This document shows, piece by piece, positions 54,841 through 64,000 of a stretch of 64,000 nucleotides of DNA (position 1 is the first letter of the stretch; each line of letters starts with the position of its first letter). The position numbers and the translations under genes are program-made. Under the pieces are notes generated by a model, which did not search any database, had not been told where the DNA came from, and saw only the letters and a program-made list of their open reading frames with translations. This DNA is from Octopus vulgaris. Lineage: Eukaryota. Location: assembly GCA_951406725.2 (NCBI GenBank), contig OX597837.1:8680001-8744000 (forward strand), written 5' to 3'.

Positions 54841-54980
54841 TATAACTTAACGAAATTTCGGGGTTAAAGTCTTGCTATAACTTAACGAAATTTCGGGGTT
54901 AAAGTATTGCTATAACTTAACGAAATTTGGGGGTTAAAGTCTTGCTATAACTTAACGAAATTTTGGGGTTAAAATCTTGC
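54841..54980. repeat. 35-bp minisatellite, 4 copies
   Basis: tataacttaacgaaatttcggggttaaagtcttgc x4 with few substitutions and no spacers. Confidence 0.95.
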
Positions 54981-55417
54981 TCACATATAACAAAATATAC
55001 ATATACATATTTATTTATCTACCTATATATATGTATATATACATATTTATTTATCTACCTATATATATGTATATATACATACAGATAATATTTTATGTGT
55101 ATATATATATATATGTATACGTAGATTTATGCATATGTATGATACATATATTATATTTGTACACGTATGTATGTGAATATATATATATAAATATATATAT
55201 ATGGACGTGTAAGAATGAGAGTCAACGTTTGCTTTCTCTCGCGAGAGGCAACTATATTCCAATAAATTTCGTATTCAATTAACGTACTCTAGTGAGAATC
55301 AATGACAAGAAACAGTAATAGTAACAACGACATTATTATCAGTAATAATAATAACAATTAGTATTAATGCTATTATCAATATTGTTGTTATTATTATTAT
55401 GATTATTATTATTATTA

Positions 55418-55467
<50 letters not shown>

Positions 55468-55644
55468 GTTGTTGTTGTTGTTATTATTATTATTATCATT
55501 ATTGTAGTCACTATTATAACTTGTAATTTCATTATTTAACCAATTCCCTGGATCTTATTAATTTTATGATAACCGACATAAAGATAACTGGAATAATATA
55601 ACATATAATATTAATGATAAAGATAATGACAACAATATTAAAAG

Positions 55645-55906
<262 letters not shown>

Positions 55907-56264
55907 TAGTGCGATGAATAATTAAAAAAAAGCTAACATTTTAAATGGAATCTTCGAGTTAGTTCTCATTGCATTTCATAAGGGAATACTCAGGCTGATA
56001 TTCATCATCGTAAATTTGTTAGTTCGGCGCCTAAGCATATAAAGTTTCAGATTTGGTGTTTTACTGCTCTTATGCTTTTTGAGTCATTTATTGAAGAATG
56101 CTGTTCACCACTTTACTGCAGACGTCAGTCAATTATCATCTTGTAATTTGTTTTTTGTTTTTTTTATTGCCTGTGTGTGTGTGTGTGACGAACTTGTGAA
56201 TTGTTAAGTACAGTAATCGATTTTCAAGACATTGTTACTGAATTCATTTAGGATCTCTCTCTCT

Positions 56265-56346
<82 letters not shown>

Positions 56347-56399
56347 AATATTAAATTTCTAAATATCTCATAGAGATATGTACGGTGGTGGAGCTGTAG

Positions 56400-56523
56400 A
56401 GTGGTTGTATACTGTCAACTTAACGTGACAGTCCTGTAAGGGAATTACAATACCGCTGTTTAGCCCTAGGAAGGTGGTGTAATTCCCTTACAGGACTGTC
56501 ACGTTAAGTTGACAGTATACAAC

Positions 56524-56527
<4 letters not shown>
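56400..56527. repeat. Perfect inverted repeat, 50-bp arms with a 28-nt spacer
   Basis: 56400-56449 is the exact reverse complement of 56478-56527. Confidence 0.95.
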
Positions 56528-56578
<51 letters not shown>

Positions 56579-56691
56579 ACGCATCTGTCACGTGCACGTG
56601 AGTATGAACATATAGGTATGTGTGTATGTATGCATGTATGTATTTCAATATATATATATATATGTACATATCTATGTTTATATATATATAT

Positions 56692-56801
56692 GAGTTCAGC
56701 AAAATTTAGATTCAGTTGAATATGGTACTTAAGTTAAAGGCACCAGAACTTAGTATGGTATTATCCATATAGTTCAAAATAGGGTGATTACAATCAAAAT
56801 A
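56692..56801 (-). mobile_element. Fragment of the 25050-25410 element family
   Basis: agttcagcaaaatttagattcagttgaatatggtacttaag...caccagaa...gggtgattacaatcaaaat. Confidence 0.75.
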
Positions 56802-56827
56802 AGAGAAAGAAAGTAAAGGGGGATAAA

Positions 56828-57018
56828 AAGAAGAAGAAGAAGAAGAAGAAGAAGAAGAAGAAGAAAAGAAGAAGAAGAAGAAGAAGAAGAAGAAGAAGAA
56901 GAAGAAGAAGAAGAAGAAGAAGAAGAAGACGAAGACGAAGAAGAAGAAGAAGAAGAAGAAGAAGAAGAAGAAGAAGAAGAAGAAGAAGAAGAAGAAGAAG
57001 AAGAAGAAGAAGAAGAAG
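56828..57018. repeat. (GAA)n microsatellite
   Basis: Directly visible. Confidence 0.97.
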
Positions 57019-57873
57019 GTGAAAGGAAAAATGGGGGACAAAAAACTTTGAGGACAATGAATGCGCTGGAATTAAACGCGTTAAAACATAATAGCACTAC
57101 TTGAAATTACAATGAATATGAAAGAACGTTAAATACAACAACAACAACAACGAAAACAATAATGATGTTGATAATAATGATGATGATGTTGATGGTGAAG
57201 TTGATGCATAAATACTGAAAGTGAAACGGTAAGTATCAAAATTTTATGAAATAAAAATGTAGTTAACAATAAGAATAAGCGTTATCGTATATAGGTTTGT
57301 ACCTATAGACACAAATACACGCACTAGTTTATCGACTTAAGATAGATGAGGTTCATAAAAAGTTTAAAATGTCGGCTGAAAATGGAAGTATTTCCGTTGA
57401 AAGATTCTACTTGAAACAGTTTCTTGCCGAGAGAAATTTTGATTTGAAATTATTAGCACTAAAAAAACTGTAGATTTTATATGATGAATGATATGGCGCA
57501 AATATATACTTCTCTGTTTATTTATTTAAGTACTTATTTAATTAATTAATTTATTTATTTATTTATTTATTTATTCCTTTCTAACAACGGTAGAACACGA
57601 GACAAAAGAATTCTGTTATTCGCTTTTAAATGCAGGTGTGTAATTCCGGCAACGAAAAAACAGATAGCACTTTGAAACACGTATGTGTAATTTGAAAAAA
57701 ACAGAAATAAAGAATAGAGGAAAAATCAGGAAAGAGAATGGTTTGAAAGCATTGTAACTATTTCTTTAGATTATTTGTAGAATTAAAATACAAATTTTGT
57801 TGCGTTAGACGAGATCCTTCTTTGCCGATAAAAAGAAAGTTTACGACAAATTACAGTCCAATAATATAACCAA

Positions 57874-58301
57874 ATGCAGATTGGTGAATGCAATTGTCTT
57901 CCAAATAGCAACATATGGATGCGAGACCTGGACACTAAAGAAAGCTGACCAGAAGAGAATTAATGCATTCGAGCTTTGGTGTTGGAGAAGACTTTTACGG
58001 ATTCCATGGACAGCGAGGCTCACCAATGGAGAAGTTCTTAAGCAGATCAGGCCGAAAATGTCGCTAGAAGGTAGGATCACTAAGCATAGATTGGCATATT
58101 TTGGTCATATTATGCGGAGAAAATCCCTGGAGAAGGACATTATGCTCGGAATGGTCAGTGGCAAGAGAGGAAGAGGCCGACAAAGAACACGCTGGCTTGA
58201 CACCATCAAGAGTGATACGGGAATGGACATAGCCAATCTGAAAGAAGCGGCCCAGGATAGAACTTACTCTGACTAGAGGACACTGATCTAACGATAGATA
58301 G
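57874..58301 (+). mobile_element. 5'-truncated RTE-clade (BovB-like) LINE with 11-bp TSD
   Basis: RLVNAIVFQIATYGCETWTLKKADQKRINAFELWCWRRLLRIPWTAR...YFGHIMRR.SLEKDIMLGMVSGKRGRGRQRTRWLD; gatagatag tail; TSD aatataaccaa at 57863-73 and 58302-12. Confidence 0.92.
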
Positions 58302-58330
58302 AATATAACCAACATATATTTATAATCTTG

Positions 58331-58427
58331 TTATCGATTTATTTAAACGCTAACTTATTTTATATTAGAACGAAACCATATCTTTTTTGCAGATTTTCCC
58401 ATCTAAAGATTTCTTCTTCTTCTTCTT

Positions 58428-58458
<31 letters not shown>

Positions 58459-58483
58459 TTATTATTATTATTATTATTATTAT

Positions 58484-58529
<46 letters not shown>

Positions 58530-58688
58530 TGTATTAGTAGTAGTAGTAGTAGTTGTAGTATTGTTATTATTTTGTTGTTGGTGTTGCTGTTGTTGTACTC
58601 TTTCGGATCCTTTTTGTTATATCTATGTTTTTTTATATCCGTTTGACATATTTCGTTTTATTGTTTGTTTCATTCCCTTTAAGTACAT
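58331..58688. repeat. Dispersed duplication, copy 1 (copy 2 at 62040-62469)
   Basis: Shared flanks ttatcgatttatttaaac...cccatctaa and gtactctttcggatcct...ttcattccctttaagtacat. Confidence 0.9.
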
Positions 58689-59143
58689 AACGAACACCGA
58701 TTCGATATCATGAGATATTTGCATAAACTAAAAGGCTAAAAGCATGGATAAATTTCTTAAAATCGCCAACAAAATTGAATACTGAATCCAAGTTTAGTGT
58801 ATTTGATCCTTAATGACCATTTAGACATATACTCGTAATAGCTTAATAGGTAGACATATTGCATTATGGGAAATCGTTGCTCACCTTCGAGGATCACGGT
58901 GGAACAGACTTTGTGCAGGAGATCGAATTGACACTAAGCATTTGGCCCGGTGAGCTCACGAATCTGTCAGCTCACCGCCCTAACAATACGTTGTATATTA
59001 GAAGTTTCTCACATTCTATCATCTATATAGCTACTTCTAATGGCTCTACAGAAGGAACTAGGAACCAGAGCCATAATTTGTGTTCTTGGATGTAGGAATT
59101 TGACTTTAATGTTCAGCATAATTCTGCCAAAGTACAGCTAAGT

Positions 59144-59454
59144 TTGTTTTTTGTTTGCTCCTTCTCGAGCCTCGACTGGCTCATAAGGGCCGGTTTCCCG
59201 GCTTCTCTGGCGTATAGGTTCCCCACCTGTACGAGACGCCGGTCCGTCGCAGGTGAGCTGCAAGATGCAGGAGTTAAGAGTGAGAGAAATTTGTGGCGAA
59301 AAAGTCAGCAGAAGTTCGCCATTACCTTCTGCCGGATTTGCGTGGAGCTTAGGTGTTTCGCTCGTAAACACACACATCGCCCGGTCTGAGATTCGAACCC
59401 ACGATTCCTCGACCGCGAGACCGCATCTCTAACCATAAGGCCATATGCCTCCAC
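59144..59454 (-). mobile_element. Full-length tRNA-derived SINE (third family) with 10-bp TSD
   Basis: Minus strand A-box tggccttatgg and B-box ggttcgaatct; tail gcaaacaaaaaacaa; TSD acagctaagt at 59134-43 and 59455-64. Confidence 0.9.
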
Positions 59455-59720
59455 ACAGCTAAGTATATTATCACGGCTCTTGCGTTGATATTTGCAATAT
59501 AATGAAGTTTAAAAGACCAGCGAATTGGAAAGTAATTTTCTATCCAGCCTGTTGAACTTTCGAATGAAACCGTCCTTCGGATAACGTCACATCTCTATAA
59601 TTAGCATACATAGTATTTTATCTGGGATAATTCAATAAGCTATGTGGTATATATTTTGTGCCTTAATGTATTTTGTACCTTAATATTTGTACACTTACTC
59701 GTTCATATACAAATCTACTA

Positions 59721-59853
<133 letters not shown>

Positions 59854-59883
59854 ATCTTTCTATCTATCTATCTATCTAACTAT

Positions 59884-59929
<46 letters not shown>

Positions 59930-59993
59930 GTCTGTCTGTCTGTCTGTCTATCTGTCTGTGACTGGCTGACTGACTGGCTATCTGTTATGTATA

Positions 59994-60060
<67 letters not shown>

Positions 60061-60064
60061 CATT

Positions 60065-60135
<71 letters not shown>

Positions 60136-60684
60136 GGAGAGAGCAGTGAATTCCATCAAAGTGAAACTTGGGTCAAATATACGAAGTCTAGTATACCCAT
60201 CATGACTACCCGTCTGATAAGGGGACACCAGGCACATGCATCACGACCACATATTTACGACATGGTGATCTCGTATCAAGATAAACAGCGCATGACCTTG
60301 CAGTTAGGGGCCCAATTAAAATTTTCATCAGATTGAATAGCCCATGCTGTCCAAAAGGTCCCCGAATAAGGTTTGTTTAAAAATAATGAACGAACCACCG
60401 ATGTTTCCAGAGGTGAATTATCCAAACCTCCAATAATTCCTTTCAACACACGCCTATGATGTTCCCCCACTACTTCTGCTTGTGATCAGAGATGCACATA
60501 TCGTCAGCCAACAAGTGACATGCTACCTGGTTAAGATGAAATAACTGACAAGCAAATATGTGGTGTTGAGTAGAATATTTGCTGTAGCCCATCTTTTATA
60601 CTAAGACAAAACAATGTACATGATAACACTTCCAGCCAGTTAGGATAAAAAGCCACGAGAGCCACTGCCTGGTACTGCATCAGG
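60136..60684 (-). mobile_element. Second copy of the ~540-bp TAA-associated non-autonomous retroelement
   Basis: Collinear with 13536-14075; (TTA/TCA)n array at its presumed 3' end. Confidence 0.85.
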
Positions 60685-61075
60685 AGTAGTCTTATCTTTT
60701 ACAGGTACTTTGACTACACTACAGAACGCAGATCTGTGTAATTTGAGTATGTGCAGTGGTTTGTTCTGGTGCTCTTATTTTCACTGTATTGAAAGTGCTT
60801 TAGGTAGGATGTGTGCGGATGTCTAGTAGTGCTACATTTTGTATGTTGTATATATTTGTCAGTCCTGATGACAATGTTATATATTGTCAGATGTCTGAAT
60901 ATCTGTTTTATCATAACTAACGCACCTACTATGATGGGAATTAATTCTGTTTTTAGGTTCCACGTTCGAGTTACCTCTATTTCCATAGCTTTATATTTTG
61001 AAAATTTTTCCGTTCCTCTCAGAGAAACATTGTCATCTGTTGATCTTGATAAATCGATTAGAAAGCGTTCTTTAC
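60684..61075 (-). mobile_element. Dong/R4-like LINE 3' end (RLE endonuclease remnant plus 3' UTR)
   Basis: FLIDLSRSTDDNVSLRGTEKFSKYKAMEIEVTRTWNLKTELIPIIVGALVMI fits the +ID...D.N....EK..KY..L....W....+P+++GALG motif. Confidence 0.85.
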
Positions 61076-61904
61076 TTGGTGATGCCCGGAAGCATAGATA
61101 CCTTCGCTCCAAAAGCAAAAAAAAAAAAAACAATATGCGATTTTCGATATGTGTGTTTGTGAAAAAATGTCTCCTATTTTGCACTTATTCAAAGTGGGAC
61201 TCACTTTTAATTCAGGAGGTTTACCCTTGGCTTTCTAGGAAGAATATACTTTAAGTTGGATCATCATCTTTTGGAGGTGCTGGTAAAATTATTCTAAAGA
61301 AACTTTTGTAAATATTCTTAACAGCATATAGATTTTAGGTTCTTTCTATTGAAAAAAAAAAAACGTTCTTTAGGATTCCTTAAAAAAAAACAGAATTCTT
61401 CTTCAATAGGGAGCTTTTAAATTTGCTATTAACCTATTGGAATTGAAGATTCTTATCGTTCTAAAACGTTCTGTCGAAAAGTGCATTATGTCTTTAATTG
61501 CTGTAGGATTTTTCTTCGATTAAAGAGCAAAATTTACATTCGCCATTATTTTGCAAGTGTGACCCTGAAAAATAAAAAGAGAGAAAAAAACAAGGAAGTA
61601 ACGCCAGCAAAAAATAGCAAAAATGAAACAAAAAATGAAAGGAAAAAAGAACGATACGCCCATCTTCTAAGTCTTTGTAGAAAACCAGCAGTTGTCTCTA
61701 TAAAGTGTAACAAATAAGGCATTTTAGATGGTATGGAAATTTAAGCGAAAATAGTTTCATCTGCTTTTTTTTCAATGACATTCCATATTTGTACTCCATC
61801 TTATACAGTTATACACGTATACAGTTATACATACACATACATACACAAGCACACACACACATATACACATGTATACACACATACATGTATAAATACATAC
61901 AAGC

Positions 61905-61937
<33 letters not shown>

Positions 61938-62039
61938 TATAAATATATACGTGTATGTATCTATGTATGTATGTATTTGTATATATCCGTGCGTATATAT
62001 ATTTCTACACACAAATAGGGGCACATATTTATATTCATG

Positions 62040-62143
62040 TTATCGATTTATTTAAACATTAACTTATTTTATATTAGAATGAAACCATATCTTTTTTGCC
62101 GATTCTCCCATCTAATGTTTTATTATTATTATTATTATTATTA

Positions 62144-62211
<68 letters not shown>

Positions 62212-62469
62212 TTTATTATTTTTATTATTATTATTATTATTATTAATATTATTATTATCATTATTATTACTATCATTATTATTATTATTATTATCATCAT
62301 TATTATTATTATTGTTATCATTATTATTATCATTGTTGTTATTATTATTTTGTTGTTGTTGGTGCTGTTGTTATTGTACTCTTTCGGATCCTCTTTTGTT
62401 ATATCTATATTTGTTTATATCCGTTTGACATATTTAGTTTTATTGTTTGTTTCATTCCCTTTAAGTACA
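62040..62469. repeat. Dispersed duplication, copy 2
   Basis: See 58331-58688. Confidence 0.9.
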
Positions 62470-62879
62470 TCGCATTAACGCCTCTTTCATTTTTCTTTCA
62501 CTATATTTTCTTCTTCTTCTTCTTCTTCTTCTTCTTCTTCTTCTTCTCCTCCTTCTTCTTCTTCATCTTCTTCATCTTCTTCATCTTCTTCTTCTTCTTC
62601 TTTTTTCTTCTTCTACTACTACTATTTTTCTTCTTCTTCTTCTTCTTCTTCTTCTACTACTACTACTACTACTACTACTACTTACTACTACTACTACTAC
62701 TTCTTCTTCTTCTACTTCTTCTATTTCTTCTTCTTCTTCTTCCACTTCTTCCACTCGTTTCTCTCCTTTAAAAATGGAACAACGCCTGAAGGAAAATCAT
62801 CTAGAAATCCTAAAAGGAGGCAGGAATATGGTTCTTCATTTTCTAACTTCGACTGCGATCGTACGATACACTGATATGT

Positions 62880-63100
62880 TTTATCTGTTTGTCATTTCAG
62901 CCATTAGACTGTGGCCATGCTGGGATACCGCCTTCACTCATTTTTAGTCGAATGCATAGACACCAGTACTTAATCTTGTAAAGCATGGTACTTATTCTAA
63001 CCGTCTCTGTTGCTGAGCTGCTATGTTATGAGAATGTAAACACACCAACACCGGTTATCAAGCTGCGATGGGGGACGGACACAGGCAACACAAACATGTA
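62880..63100 (-). mobile_element. 3' half of a CORE-type SINE
   Basis: ttcagccattagactgtggccatgctggga...ggtacttattcta...gtaaacacaccaacaccggtt. Confidence 0.8.
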
Positions 63101-63117
63101 AATGTATACATACATAC

Positions 63118-63185
<68 letters not shown>

Positions 63186-63187
<2 letters not shown>

Positions 63188-63335
63188 CTCTCCTTGTTTT
63201 CTGTGTCCTTTTCTGTAGAAGAGCGTAGGCTCGAAACGTAAAATACTTTTTCTATTCCTGAGCGTTATACTAGTACATCTGTTTGTTTTGTACACAACCC
63301 GTCTTCGTCTTTTGTTTTTTTCCGTAAACTCTTCA
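63186..63335 (+). mobile_element. TA-flanked Penelope-like repeat with a variant hammerhead motif
   Basis: tttt-CTGTAGA-a-GAGC-gtag-GCTC-GAAA-CG-TA-aaa at 63209-63243. Confidence 0.75.
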
Positions 63336-63351
63336 TATATATATATATATA

Positions 63352-63545
63352 TTGGGTTGGTGTATATTCATTGAGGCTTTTTTTCAACAAATTTTATTAA
63401 AAAAAAACAATAATTATATTTAACAAAAGCAACATTTAAAGGATTGTCTGACCGTCTGCCAAGCAAATGGGAAGTCGTAATTGAAGTAGATGGTGAATAT
63501 ACTCCGGAATAATCATTTAAAGATGTTTTTGTTACATGTTGTTAT
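63352..63545 (+). mobile_element. Deleted mariner derivative (third family)
   Basis: TA then TIR-like ttgggttggtgtatattcattgaggc; 63435-63512 encodes DRLPSKWEVVIEVDGEY, a typical mariner C-terminus. Confidence 0.65.
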
Positions 63546-64000
63546 TGCTTTACACACACGTGTGTGTGTGTGAAGTGCTCAGTCGACCTGCACTTAAATT
63601 TCACGTGCAGGTTGTTTCGATGAACCCTGGAACCCAGGTTGTCGTATCCGAGAGAGTGCCACTATAGACACCAGGATGGTTATTTATGAAAAGAAGCGTC
63701 ATACGCATCACTATGGTCTTTTTTATAGAGTTGTGTTCCTGTCAATAACTTGGGCATGACCCGGATAGTATTGATATTCCTATACCCTTTATATAAATAT
63801 ATCATTATTGAAGAAGGCGATACAAAACATATTTAAATAGTAGCATAAATATAAAATCGATAAAAAGCCCGAGAGGCGTTGAAGCGAATCGATCTTCTTA
63901 AAACGTTTCCCACAAATGCATCACCCATTCAATTCCACAGTTCAGTGTTTGCAGGAGAGCTTTTCTACTGCCGAGCCATTAAAATCGCTGGCGACCCGGA

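Noticed and set aside
54841-54980. CRISPR-like 35-bp repeats with a palindrome
   Set aside because: Units are contiguous with no spacers, there are no cas genes, and the context is eukaryotic
59380-59453. tRNA gene
   Set aside because: A and B boxes are present, but the sequence continues into a SINE body and tail bounded by a TSD

Overview
AT-rich, microsatellite-saturated eukaryotic non-coding DNA. The SINE, LINE and microsatellite landscape strongly resembles an octopus (coleoid cephalopod) genome; this is inferred from recalled repeat families, not from a search. No intact protein-coding gene can be supported, and almost every ORF in the supplied track is a translation of (TA)n, (TATC)n, (TATG)n or trinucleotide repeats. 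The recognisable content is mobile DNA: two full-length dead mariner copies sharing the same lesions, two more mariner remnants, Dong/R4-like, Tx1-like and RTE/BovB-like LINE fragments, many tRNA-derived SINEs, a Helitron, and an 8-bp-TSD MITE with internal telomeric repeats. There are also short TA-flanked elements carrying minimal hammerhead-ribozyme motifs and fold-back palindromes. Three signals stand out: (i) a Tx1-like LINE 3' end and SINE units with the same tail, all inserted at one GGTATTTC site inside a SINE, suggesting a SINE-targeting LINE/SINE system; (ii) a hammerhead ribozyme with an intact catalytic core (25184-25268, minus) plus several variant relatives; (iii) apparent partitioning of microsatellite targets (TAA, TATC, TA) among retroelement families. 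A few candidate spliced exons are low-confidence.
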